Shown here: positions 19,804-30,048 of the stretch, piece by piece
Numbering within the stretch: the first letter of the stretch is position 1
How the letters are laid out: each line of letters begins with the position of its first letter
DNA from: an uncultured bacterium
GTDB taxonomy: Bacteria; JAGOEH01
NCBI GenBank assembly: GCA_964632485.1
Contig: CAZWDO010000010.1
Coordinates: 1 to 64,000 of the forward strand
Direction of reading: 5' to 3'
Length of the DNA stretch: 64,000 nt
Made by a program: the position numbers and the translations under genes
Notes under the pieces: generated by a model
What the model saw: only the letters and a program-made list of their open reading frames with translations
Databases searched by the model: none
Told to the model about the DNA's origin: nothing

Positions 19804-21570
19804 ATGAATCGTTTAAAATATGGTTTAATTGGCGGGCTGTTTTTAATAAGTCTTACTTTGATACTATTCTTCTGTTGTGGAAAGGATAAAAAATCCTGTA
19901 CGGACGATATGGTCAATGGCTGGCCCTCGTATTGGGCGAAACATTTCGGGGATATCGAAGCCTATAGCGGGCTTCAGGAAGCGCTGCGCTACCGGCAGTT
20001 CGAATTTGGAGAGTTGATGCTCCCGGACATGCTCGAAGGAATGCCGGAGGACACTTTGCTGCAACTGGGTATGGCGCGGTCCTATAGCCTTAAGGCGCGT
20101 TTCTACCAACTTTGGTATGAACGAGTCGCCCTTGAGCATTATGATTCGCTGTATGAATATAAAGTGATTATCAATGAGAAACAGCCTGAAATTCAGCTTT
20201 CTCCCTATTTTAATTTTTTTGGGGCTTTAGCCAAGATAGAAAAAGGCGAGTATGATCTGGCGCGACCGATATTGCAGGCTTTACGCGCTGAAAAGCGTCT
20301 CGATGGCGAAATATTGGCCTTGATCGGAACCTATCTTGCTGTGCTGGATATACAACAATCCGGCGCCGTAAATTATAAACCTGCCACATTGTTGGCTAAA
20401 GCCGAATGGGCGCGCTGGTTGATTAAGCTTGGTAAAACTGATATGGCTCAGCCTTGGATTGACGAGTTAAAGAATCTGGTTCCGGCAGGCGCCGGCTCTA
20501 CTTTGGATAACCTCGCGATCTATGATTTGGCTGAATGTCTGCTGGCAACGGGTGACCTCAACTCAGCGCTGGAGGTATTCGATCGTACCGGTGTAGGGGA
20601 GACTTATTTCGAAGTTTCGATTGGATCGATTAACAACCAGGATTTTATCATGCGTTTCGTGTTTCCTCATGCTTTGCGCGTGGTGTCTCACTGCTTTTAT
20701 GCTAAGGCGGAACTTCAATACGATCAGTTGGTTGCAAATGCGCCCGGCGCTGAAATCGCCGCGCAGTTTTTCAAGGGAGAATGTCTGTTGCAACGCGGTA
20801 ATTATGACGATGCGGAGATAAACCTCGCAGGGTTCGTTACCGCTCTGGATGCCACGGCGCCGCTCAATGAGTTCTTGCGCCTGGGTTCGCTTTTTACCTC
20901 CTGTTTTTCTCCCTTGCAATTCAAGATTCAGGCGCTGCTCAATCTCTGCGAGTCGCGTTGGGCCGCCGGCAAGCAGCCGGAACCTGCCTGGCTGGACGAT
21001 CTGAAAAAATCTCAGGAAGCATGCGCCGATCCTCTCTCCCTTTCCAAAATGAAGGTGTTGGACGCGCGCTATGGAGCGTCTCTTGCATCCTCGGCCAATG
21101 CTGCGCAAATTCTGACTGATGCCGATTTGACGGCGACGGCCATGAACAAGAAAGAAACTTATTTCGAGCCAGATAATTATTATACAGTGGCAACCGTCAA
21201 CCTGGGCATCGCTGATGCTTATACCAAAAATTTGACGAATGCCCGCGATCTGTTGAAAAAGTATATGGAAGGCTTTAAAATGTGGATGCCTTCACGTATC
21301 AATTCCCCGGAAATGATTTTTTATCTGGCCTCGATTGAAAAACAATATGATAAAAGCGCTATGGAAGATATGTATATCAAAAATAGGGATGAGTTTCGTC
21401 TGCAAATTGGCAATGCTGGCGGGGATGATCTTTATTCCCATCGTTGGGCGGATGTGTTCGAGCATTTTTATACTCTGTCTCAAGTCGAACATCTGCTCTT
21501 CATGCAGGTTTCCAGCCTCAAATCGGGCGGCCAGGCAAGCTCAAATGTGTCCGGTGATACCTCTCAATAA
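19804..21570 (+). CDS. TPR-like exported protein/lipoprotein
   Basis: AGGAG SD; hydrophobic N-terminus ending FFCCG; TPR-like LAKIEKGEYDLA, LLATGDLNSAL, LLQRGNYDDA. Confidence 0.7.
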   Translation: MNRLKYGLIGGLFLISLTLILFFCCGKDKKSCTDDMVNGWPSYWAKHFGDIEAYSGLQEALRYRQFEFGELMLPDMLEGMPEDTLLQLGMARSYSLKARFYQLWYERVALEHYDSLYEYKVIINEKQPEIQLSPYFNFFGALAKIEKGEYDLARPILQALRAEKRLDGEILALIGTYLAVLDIQQSGAVNYKPATLLAKAEWARWLIKLGKTDMAQPWIDELKNLVPAGAGSTLDNLAIYDLAECLLATGDLNSALEVFDRTGVGETYFEVSIGSINNQDFIMRFVFPHALRVVSHCFYAKAELQYDQLVANAPGAEIAAQFFKGECLLQRGNYDDAEINLAGFVTALDATAPLNEFLRLGSLFTSCFSPLQFKIQALLNLCESRWAAGKQPEPAWLDDLKKSQEACADPLSLSKMKVLDARYGASLASSANAAQILTDADLTATAMNKKETYFEPDNYYTVATVNLGIADAYTKNLTNARDLLKKYMEGFKMWMPSRINSPEMIFYLASIEKQYDKSAMEDMYIKNRDEFRLQIGNAGGDDLYSHRWADVFEHFYTLSQVEHLLFMQVSSLKSGGQASSNVSGDTSQ

Positions 21571-21582
21571 TCTCTTTCGGGA

Positions 21583-24500
21583 ATGGAGGATTCTCTTATG
21601 ACGACTCGGAAGTTATTGTTTTTTTTGATTTTTCTGATATTCGCCCTCCAGGTTGGTGGAAACGCAGAACCCGTATGGGATATTGTGGACAGTAAGATAC
21701 TGCCTGAAGGATATAATGCGTACAATATATATCGGGATAACTACTATTTTTATGTTCTCTCATCCAATCAGTTGAGCGGTGGGAAGAACGCTTTGTTTCG
21801 TTTCAGTTTGACCGGCGAATTGACCCTGCTTGCCGAAATGCCCGAACGTGTCGATCAGTCGCGGCTATTATCCGTATTTGATCTGTTTGTGGCGGATGAT
21901 GATGTGTATATCGCCGCGCGGATGATGGGCGCCAATCGGATGCCGGAGAGTCAAATTCTGGTTTATAATCTCGAATCGCGCGAGTTTCGGACTTTGCTTA
22001 CTGATTATTTGGGTAAATCGGACCTGATTGTCTCGATTACGCGTTGCCAGGAAACAATTCTGGCGCTGACAGAAGGCAATTTTTATTTTAAGATTATTGA
22101 CATGGCAAACGGAATCTGTTTGGGCGCAAATAAAGTACCCAGTCGCAACGCCATGCTCGCTCTGCGTAATGCTCTGGTTCTGCCTGGTCGCGATTACCAA
22201 CAGAATACGCCTTTTTTCGCCACTATTCGAATGAACGATGTCTATCTGTTTTCCAAATGGGAATACGGATCATTTGCTTCAAACGACATGATCGGCAAGT
22301 ACCGGATCGACCGACGCCGGACCCCGCCCTTGATCATTTCTGGCAATAGTTGGCCCGTTACCCCCGATTTCGATATTGAGGTTGACGATATCACCGGAGA
22401 TACTTCGATCCTGCTTTACGATAACCGCAACAATCGGATCATGAGCTACGGAACCGATCTCCATCCCCGGGAGTTGATTCTTGATTTAACAGTGGTTCCC
22501 AGTCTTTCAGGACCAGAATATACCTCGATCAAGAAACAGGGCGATTTTTTTATTCTGGCCGATAAAGGGAAGAATACAATCTTTGTGGTCGGCGATATTT
22601 CCAAAAATTTACAAATGAACTGGCAATATTCGTTGGCATTGGAAGATTTTCCTGGAATTTCAGGTTTTTTTGTCAATCCTGAAAACGGCCGGTTTTATAT
22701 TGACGATTCCAGCGCCGACCGTATTAATGGTTATTATTTTACCTCCATCAATCTCCGCAAAAGCGAGCCAGATTTTACTTGGCAATCGGATTTTTGGGAG
22801 GAACATGAAGAACGGCAACTGGCCTTCGTGAATGATCGCCAAATTTTCATTTCCGGGGAAGAGCTGACTTTTCGCGCAAAGCGCAGATCTGAAATAGTAT
22901 CCACGGGAGAAACTTATTGCCGGTCTCCCTTGGCGGTCGATCGTTTTGATAATCAGGATTATCTCTGGTATATCCAGAACCAAATCCTCAAGCGCGCGCA
23001 GATTTCCGAAGAAGGTTCTTTATCGGATATTCGCGGCATGGCTTACATATCTGTACAGGATGTCCGCGCTATGTCGGTAATTGCCGATTCCACACTGATG
23101 TTTTTGGGACACTCTGGATTGCAGCGCCATACGCGGCATGTGAACCACTATTATTATGCGGATGAAATCTTCGAGCAGCGCCTCAATAGCTTCAACCTTG
23201 GGGATATTTTGCATTTTGTTGTTCCTGAGCAAAATCAATCAGTATTTTTCGTTCTCCATCGACGATCCAACAATCTGTACATATCTAAATTCAACAAGGA
23301 TGCCACGGGACGGATCGGTGAACAACTGATTGCGACCAATGTCGGTTCTGTGAGTGGATATTTGGCGGCATTCAATAATAAGGAAATTTATTATTTGCTC
23401 GATGATGGGCGATTGGGTTTGGTTCTGGATTTGTTGGAAACCCGGCCGATTTACCTGGCGCCCTATGCTGATGCCGGTTTAGAACGCGTGATGATGACTG
23501 GTGATACTGCATGGCTCTCCGCGACGGGTTCCATCGATTTAAATGGCAGTCCATTGAGCTATACCTGGCAAGCGCTGGATTACTCTCCGACAACGATTTT
23601 TTCCGGCTCTCCTGCAATATTTGTGCCGGAACAAAAAGAAACCTATTTTAATCCCTTGTTGGGCGAAATCAAGGACACGATCGACTTCGAACTGGAAGTG
23701 AGCAACAACAATAACGAAAGCAAGTTCGATACAGTCCGGATATGGGTAAGGGATTTCGATCAGCGTGTGTCCTTTATCAATGCCTTAGATACCCTTAATT
23801 GGGGTAATCCCGATTGCGAGGAGAGCTGGTTGGAATCCGTCGATAGTAGTTGGGCGATAGTTCCACGGCAAAATGCGATTACTTGGTCGCGTTCGGTCAA
23901 AGCCGTTCCGGGCACATTTTTTCGATTGTGCGTGGAAATGAAAGCAGCACAACAGGGGAATTTGTTGACATTGAGCGTTGATGGTTTGCAAACCAATCCA
24001 TTGACCATTAATTATACCTTGGATACCTTGCGCGTCATCTATCAACTTGATGGTTATTCCGTCGATAGTATAGGAACAATTCGAGTGACGTGTGAGGGGA
24101 TTCCTGTGGATACGCTGGCAATCTATTCGATTGTCTGGGATGACCGCGCAATGAACGTGCCGCAATTTAGCGTCTTGGGCACGGTAACTCAGGCTGAGGA
24201 TGGCTCCCCGTTTGGCGGCGTCCGGGTCGAGGTATCGAACCTGGATGAAAACTATCAAACACTGAGTGATGAGCAAGGCGAGTGGTCGATTGATAATTTA
24301 GTCAAGGGTCAGTCATATACCCTACATTTTTCAAGTGCGGGATACCTGCCCGCTGATACTATATTGTATTTTTCCACGGCTAATCCCACGAGCGATACCG
24401 TGATAAATATGAGTTTGACGGCCAATTCCAGGCCCGTGGCCCAGGCCGTAACTTCGGTGGATTCGGTAGCCGCCGGCGAATATGTCACTTTACGTGGTGA

Positions 24501-25875
24501 TATGTCCTACGATCCCGAAGGAGAGTCTCTTACTTTCCGTTGGGATGAATGGGATGGCCAAAGCATTCGGGAAATATCGGATCAAGCGGTTTTCAGCTTA
24601 CGGATCCCGGAATGTAATGATGATACCTATCGGATTATATTGTCGGTATCCGATGGCGAATTTAATGCCTATGACACGGTGGCTCTGAAGGTGATTCGTG
24701 GACCCGCTGCCGAGTATGGCTACCTGGAATCATTGCCGCTGACCGTGAATCAATACAAGCAAAACCAGAAATGCGCGATTGACGCCGTGGGCCGCCTTTG
24801 GGTCGCCGGCCAGACCAGCACGACTGGCATTACGATATGGAATCCGGGAACCGGACAAATTGCTATAGAATTGAGTGAATTTGTTCAGGATTCACGCGTT
24901 TATGATTGTCGGAGCAATTGCTACGGTTTAGAGAATGGCGCGGATGGGTACATTTATTACTCGGGATGGGATAATGATAACGGTTACTATTTGTTGAAAA
25001 TTGAACCCGCAAGTTTGACCTGTACAGGATCATGGACTGCTTTGCGCCCGTTTGCCAAACCGGCCGTTTCCAATTGTGGCGATCTGTATTTCGTCCTGGC
25101 CGCGCAATTGAACGAAACTAATCCGATTGTCCATTGCGATGCCTCCGGGAATGTCAGTGGATCATTTACTTGCGACATCGAAGGACGAGTCGGTATGCTG
25201 GAGCTTTCCGCAGATGGTTCGCAGTTATTTGTCGCAATCAGTGAACCTCAAGGTGAAATTCACGTTATCGATCTCGCTGGTCCAACGTATGCGTTTTCAC
25301 TGCCAGGTCCCTTTGATGGGGGGATCACCGCTTTGGAGATCGATTCGCGAGGACGGTTGTGGACTGCTGATCGGCTGACTAATCAGGTTTATTTTTACTT
25401 AAATCCTTCCGACACATTGTCTCTGCGGCCGGCTCTCGAGTTCGATCCCGCGCTGACAACGATTACCGGAATCGCATTCTCCGATGGAGACTCCACTCTA
25501 TATTTTGTCGGAGAACAGGAAAACCTGGCTATCCAGAAATGGCTGGAAAGCGCATCGGATTTTCTCGTCAAGAATGCTGCGGGTTTGCCGGAACAAACCC
25601 GCGATCTGCGAAACTATCCGAACCCATTCAACTATTCAACACGGATCCGTTATACCGTGACGGAATGCGGGCCAGTCGAATTGTGCGTTTACAATTTGGT
25701 CGGCGAGAAAGTTAGAACCCTCGTCAATGATGTGGATCATTCTTCCGGTAGTTTCGATATCGTTTGGAATGGTCAGAACGATGCGGGACAGGAAATTGCC
25801 GCCGGAATTTATTTTTACCGATTGAGGTTTTCCGCGGATAAACAATTTACCCGACGTATGTTGTTTTTGAAATAA
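21583..25875 (+). CDS. Large surface protein: beta-propellers, PKD-like and carboxypeptidase-regulatory Ig domains, T9SS-type (FlgD-Ig) CTD
   Basis: PYADAG...LSATGSIDLNG..LSYTW PKD-like modules; GTVTQAEDGSPFGGVRV; C-terminal NYPNPFN...WNGQNDAG..IAAGIYFYRL; start may be 21598. Confidence 0.85.
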   Translation: MEDSLMTTRKLLFFLIFLIFALQVGGNAEPVWDIVDSKILPEGYNAYNIYRDNYYFYVLSSNQLSGGKNALFRFSLTGELTLLAEMPERVDQSRLLSVFDLFVADDDVYIAARMMGANRMPESQILVYNLESREFRTLLTDYLGKSDLIVSITRCQETILALTEGNFYFKIIDMANGICLGANKVPSRNAMLALRNALVLPGRDYQQNTPFFATIRMNDVYLFSKWEYGSFASNDMIGKYRIDRRRTPPLIISGNSWPVTPDFDIEVDDITGDTSILLYDNRNNRIMSYGTDLHPRELILDLTVVPSLSGPEYTSIKKQGDFFILADKGKNTIFVVGDISKNLQMNWQYSLALEDFPGISGFFVNPENGRFYIDDSSADRINGYYFTSINLRKSEPDFTWQSDFWEEHEERQLAFVNDRQIFISGEELTFRAKRRSEIVSTGETYCRSPLAVDRFDNQDYLWYIQNQILKRAQISEEGSLSDIRGMAYISVQDVRAMSVIADSTLMFLGHSGLQRHTRHVNHYYYADEIFEQRLNSFNLGDILHFVVPEQNQSVFFVLHRRSNNLYISKFNKDATGRIGEQLIATNVGSVSGYLAAFNNKEIYYLLDDGRLGLVLDLLETRPIYLAPYADAGLERVMMTGDTAWLSATGSIDLNGSPLSYTWQALDYSPTTIFSGSPAIFVPEQKETYFNPLLGEIKDTIDFELEVSNNNNESKFDTVRIWVRDFDQRVSFINALDTLNWGNPDCEESWLESVDSSWAIVPRQNAITWSRSVKAVPGTFFRLCVEMKAAQQGNLLTLSVDGLQTNPLTINYTLDTLRVIYQLDGYSVDSIGTIRVTCEGIPVDTLAIYSIVWDDRAMNVPQFSVLGTVTQAEDGSPFGGVRVEVSNLDENYQTLSDEQGEWSIDNLVKGQSYTLHFSSAGYLPADTILYFSTANPTSDTVINMSLTANSRPVAQAVTSVDSVAAGEYVTLRGDMSYDPEGESLTFRWDEWDGQSIREISDQAVFSLRIPECNDDTYRIILSVSDGEFNAYDTVALKVIRGPAAEYGYLESLPLTVNQYKQNQKCAIDAVGRLWVAGQTSTTGITIWNPGTGQIAIELSEFVQDSRVYDCRSNCYGLENGADGYIYYSGWDNDNGYYLLKIEPASLTCTGSWTALRPFAKPAVSNCGDLYFVLAAQLNETNPIVHCDASGNVSGSFTCDIEGRVGMLELSADGSQLFVAISEPQGEIHVIDLAGPTYAFSLPGPFDGGITALEIDSRGRLWTADRLTNQVYFYLNPSDTLSLRPALEFDPALTTITGIAFSDGDSTLYFVGEQENLAIQKWLESASDFLVKNAAGLPEQTRDLRNYPNPFNYSTRIRYTVTECGPVELCVYNLVGEKVRTLVNDVDHSSGSFDIVWNGQNDAGQEIAAGIYFYRLRFSADKQFTRRMLFLK

Positions 25876-25900
25876 GGAATGTTTTTTCTCACTCCAGGGC

Positions 25901-25940
25901 AAGCCTTCGTGTTTCCAATGGGGAGCGCGAAGGTTTTTTC
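25901..25940 (+). terminator. Probable intrinsic terminator ending the 2.4-25.9 kb operon
   Basis: AGCCTTCGTGTTTCC...GGGAGCGCGAAGGTT stem followed by a T-tract. Confidence 0.7.
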
Positions 25941-26050
25941 TTCAGAAATGGGTAGGTTAAAGTTTTTGCAATATTAACTTGAAACAAGAAAATCAAACGA
26001 TTTATTTCGCATTTCAGGTTGAGGCCATTGAAAACTGAATATGAAAAGGA

Positions 26051-27973
26051 GTGTCTATGCGAATAACCTTGCGGGATCGACTGAACTATTGGTTTGATAA
26101 CTACATGTCTCGAGGGATGATGGCGCTTATTGGCGGACTTTTCATGCTGACTTTATTTGTTATTGGCACAGCGTCATTTTGCATCGTTCATTTCAAAATT
26201 GTTCCTTCAGATCTGGATTCCGGTAGTTTCAATTTCCTGGAGGCAATGTGGGTTTCGCTGATGCGGACACTCGATGCCGGTAATATTGCCGGGGATGTCG
26301 GCTGGCTTTTTCGAATAGTGATGATCTGCGTTACGGCCAGTGGGATTTTTATTTTTTCTGCGCTTATTGGCGTATTGAGCCGTGGTTTAGAAGCGAAATT
26401 GGAAAATATGCGCAAAGGGCGCTCCAAAGTGATTGAATCCAACCATACCATTATTCTGGGTTGGTCGCCGTTGATATTTACCATTCTATCTGAGTTGATA
26501 ATTACGAACGAATGTCGGAAAAAATCCTGTATTGTCATTATGAGCGAATTGGATAAAATTGAAATGGAAGATCAGATCCATTTTTATATTGGTGATTCGA
26601 AGAATACGAAAATTGTATGCCGAAGAGGCAATCCAATTGATATAAACGATTTGGAAATTCTTAACATCCAGACTTCCAAATCAATCATTATCGTGAATCC
26701 CAAAGATGAGACACACGATATGGAGGTGATTAAAATCCTGTTGGCAATACTCAATTCTTCAACACGGCGAGTGACGCCTTACCATATAGTAACAAGAATC
26801 CGGAATTCAGAAAATTATAATGTTGCATCCCTTGTTGGAAAACAGGAAGTTGAATTTATTTTAGAAGATGAATTTACCGCCCGGTTGATCGCTCAGAGTT
26901 GCTTTCAGGGAAGGCTATCCGCAGTTTACAATGAAATTTTATCATTTAATGATAATGAAATATATATCCATAATGAACCTTCGCTCTATGGAATGAGCTT
27001 TAATGATCTTCTCGTTGCCTATAAAAATTGCTCTGTAATCGGAATTTTCAATCAACAGGATCATTTTGTATTGAATCCATCCGGTGACACCCCATATTTG
27101 CCTGGAGACCAATTGATCATGATAGCCAGGGACCGTTCCAGTATTTTTCCAGCTCCTATCAAAAAAATTGGGCGCATCCAACCAAATCAATGTATAGATT
27201 TAAATATTGAAATTGAAAAGAAGCGAGTATTGATTATTGGCTGGAATCCCAAAGCGAAGTACATCATCAAGCAGTTATCGCGTAATGTACATGCCGAGTG
27301 TAATATTACTGTCATTTTTGAGCATGAGATACCAGACGACGATAAACTCATGCTGACCAGGCTGGATAAAGAGATGACGATTGATTGGATTAAAGGAAAG
27401 ACTAATAATTATTCCTTTTTGGAATCTTTGCCCCCTTCCGGTTTCAACCATATCGTCGTTTTATCCGATTATACAATTCGTGATCGACAGGAAGCGGATG
27501 CCAAAACCATCATGGTTCTCTTATATATACGAGATATTATTTCAAGGTCCGACATAGCTCCGTCTTTAGTCAGCGAAATGCTAGATGCGAAAAATTGCCA
27601 GTTAGCAGAAATTACACAAGTAGATGATTTTATTGTGAGCGAGCGCATGATCAGTTTAATTATTACTCAGGTTTCAGAAAACAAGCATTTAAACGCCATT
27701 TTAAAGGAGCTTTTGGATTTTGGTGGATCGGATATCTATTTGGTGAATGCGGATCGTCTGGTGGCGCCGGGGGTTTCTGTGAACTTTTACTCGGTTATCG
27801 GTTCGGCGCGAAGAATGCATGCTATTCCAATCGGTTATAAATTAAAACGTTACATGACCGATCCTGCATACCATTATGGCATTGTCATCAATCCTGATAA
27901 AAATCAATCGATTTCCTATGATGCGGATGATCAGTTTATTCTGGTGTTGAATTCAGAAATGGAAAAATGTTGA
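26051..27973 (+). CDS. CASTOR/POLLUX (DMI1)-like ion channel, paralog 1
   Basis: TM-pore-TM with TLDAGNIAGD, RKGRSKVIESNHTIILGWS, and two RCK domains. Confidence 0.85.
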   Translation: MSMRITLRDRLNYWFDNYMSRGMMALIGGLFMLTLFVIGTASFCIVHFKIVPSDLDSGSFNFLEAMWVSLMRTLDAGNIAGDVGWLFRIVMICVTASGIFIFSALIGVLSRGLEAKLENMRKGRSKVIESNHTIILGWSPLIFTILSELIITNECRKKSCIVIMSELDKIEMEDQIHFYIGDSKNTKIVCRRGNPIDINDLEILNIQTSKSIIIVNPKDETHDMEVIKILLAILNSSTRRVTPYHIVTRIRNSENYNVASLVGKQEVEFILEDEFTARLIAQSCFQGRLSAVYNEILSFNDNEIYIHNEPSLYGMSFNDLLVAYKNCSVIGIFNQQDHFVLNPSGDTPYLPGDQLIMIARDRSSIFPAPIKKIGRIQPNQCIDLNIEIEKKRVLIIGWNPKAKYIIKQLSRNVHAECNITVIFEHEIPDDDKLMLTRLDKEMTIDWIKGKTNNYSFLESLPPSGFNHIVVLSDYTIRDRQEADAKTIMVLLYIRDIISRSDIAPSLVSEMLDAKNCQLAEITQVDDFIVSERMISLIITQVSENKHLNAILKELLDFGGSDIYLVNADRLVAPGVSVNFYSVIGSARRMHAIPIGYKLKRYMTDPAYHYGIVINPDKNQSISYDADDQFILVLNSEMEKC

Positions 27974-28056
27974 TGAAAAACCGCCATCATTCTGTTATTA
28001 AGTGAATGTTATTGCGGAGTGATATGGAACGTATAATGCATCAAGGAAAAACTTAG

Positions 28057-29982
28057 ATGGGAAATGAACGAATCCCCTGGAATCAAAGATTGCGGTATCG
28101 ATTTGATAACTATCTGTCGCGTGGCATACTGGCGTTAGTTATCGGACTTTTTTTATCGGTTTTTCTAGTTATTGGCATGACCGCGACTGTTATAGTATGG
28201 TTGCATATATATCCCGGAGGTCGGCCTGTTTCGTCCATGAATTTTTGGGAAGCTTTGTGGATTTCCTTCACGCGTACGATTTCTACCGGCGCCATCAGCC
28301 GCGATGATGGTTGGCATTTTCGCTTGATTATGTTATTTGTTTCGTTTTGCGGGATTTTTATATTTTCGTCATTGATCGGCGTACTCTCTAGAGGATTGCA
28401 AATGAAAATCGAATCCCTGCGAAAAGGGCGTTCAAGAGTACTGGAAACTGGCCATTTTATTATTCTCGGCTGGTCTCCTCAGATTTATACCATTATTCAC
28501 GAGTTGATTGACGCTAACAATCTACCATCGAAGTTTTGTATTGTTATTATGTGTGAACGGGATAAGGTCGAGCTTGAAGATGAAGTTCATTTCCATATTC
28601 CGGATCGCCGCCATGCAACCATTGTCTGCAGAACGGGGAATCCCATATCCAGGAAAAATCTTGAAATACTGAATATTCATTTGTCAAAGGCAATTATGAT
28701 TCTCAATTCGGGTTTGCCTAATTCAGATACCGAAGTGATTAAAACCCTGTTGGCAATTACCAATAGCCCGATACGTCCGGTCAAACCTTATCATATTATT
28801 GCCGAGGTATCCAATCCCCATAATTACGGGATAGTCCAATTGATTGGGAAGGAAGAAGTCGAGATTATTAAAAAGGATGAAATTATTGCTCGCATCATTG
28901 CGCAATGTTCGCTGCAATCGGGTCTCTCGGTCGTTTATAATGAGCTTTTCAGTTTTGTTGGTTCTGAAATTTATCTGAAGGAAGAACCGGGTCTTTATGG
29001 TATGCAATTTGGATATATTATGTCGATGTATGAAAGCGCTTCTGTGTTTGGGGTTTTAAATACGCATCAACAGCCTGTTTTGAATCCCGGGTATGATTAT
29101 TTGTATCAAAATGGTGAAAAACTGATTTTGATAGCCCATGATGAAGCCAGCATTATTCCAAAAAAAGAAAGGATTGCCGATTTAGTTACTAACTCTTTTG
29201 TAGACGATGCAGGCTCACGAAGGGAAGATCGCCAATCACCTTTAAAAATTTTGCTTGTCAATTGGAATTTAAGAGCGGAATTTGTAATCAGGGAACTCGA
29301 TGCTTACGTTCCTTCCGGTTCTTCGCTGCTGATCGCAACCAATTTTATCATGATTAAAAAGCAGGTCGAAAAGCTGATGCGGGTTTGTAAAAACCTTACC
29401 ATCGATTTTATCAAAGGGGTGATAGAAGATCGTGATTTTCTTAACTCATTGGATGTATTTCAATTCAATCATATCATCGTATTGCCGGGGAGCCTGGGCG
29501 TAAACGCTCAGGAAGCGGATGCCAACATCATCATCACCCTTTTATATCTCAGGGATATTGCCCAAAAGGCCGGTTTTCCATTATCGATTGTCAGCGAAAT
29601 GATGGATAGCCAGAATTGTCAATTGGCGGAAATATCCTATGTCAATGATTTCATTGTCAGTGAAAGGTGGATCAGTCTGCTGATGGCTCAAATCGCTTTT
29701 TCAAAACAGGTCTATCAAGTTATCAGGGAATTACTGGATGTGATAGGATCTGAAGTGTACCTGAAAGAAGCTTCACTATATGTGGAACTGAATACGCCGA
29801 TCGATTTCTATTCGGTTTTGAAGGCGTTTGATCCACGATATGAGATCCCCATTGGGTATAAAATCGCCCGGTTTGCAAAGGATCCTCTTCAGAATTTCGG
29901 ATTGGCGCTGAATCCAAATAAATCTCAATTGATTACTTTTTCCAGGGATGATAAAATCATTGTCATTGCTTCAGAAATGTAA
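28057..29982 (+). CDS. CASTOR/POLLUX-like ion channel, paralog 2
   Basis: Colinear with paralog 1; pore loop TISTGAISRD; two RCK domains. Confidence 0.85.
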   Translation: MGNERIPWNQRLRYRFDNYLSRGILALVIGLFLSVFLVIGMTATVIVWLHIYPGGRPVSSMNFWEALWISFTRTISTGAISRDDGWHFRLIMLFVSFCGIFIFSSLIGVLSRGLQMKIESLRKGRSRVLETGHFIILGWSPQIYTIIHELIDANNLPSKFCIVIMCERDKVELEDEVHFHIPDRRHATIVCRTGNPISRKNLEILNIHLSKAIMILNSGLPNSDTEVIKTLLAITNSPIRPVKPYHIIAEVSNPHNYGIVQLIGKEEVEIIKKDEIIARIIAQCSLQSGLSVVYNELFSFVGSEIYLKEEPGLYGMQFGYIMSMYESASVFGVLNTHQQPVLNPGYDYLYQNGEKLILIAHDEASIIPKKERIADLVTNSFVDDAGSRREDRQSPLKILLVNWNLRAEFVIRELDAYVPSGSSLLIATNFIMIKKQVEKLMRVCKNLTIDFIKGVIEDRDFLNSLDVFQFNHIIVLPGSLGVNAQEADANIIITLLYLRDIAQKAGFPLSIVSEMMDSQNCQLAEISYVNDFIVSERWISLLMAQIAFSKQVYQVIRELLDVIGSEVYLKEASLYVELNTPIDFYSVLKAFDPRYEIPIGYKIARFAKDPLQNFGLALNPNKSQLITFSRDDKIIVIASEM

Positions 29983-30048
29983 ACGGATAGAGAATACCCA
30001 TTAATAATTGCCGGTTGACTACCAGTTTAATAGCAAAGGAGATACCAT

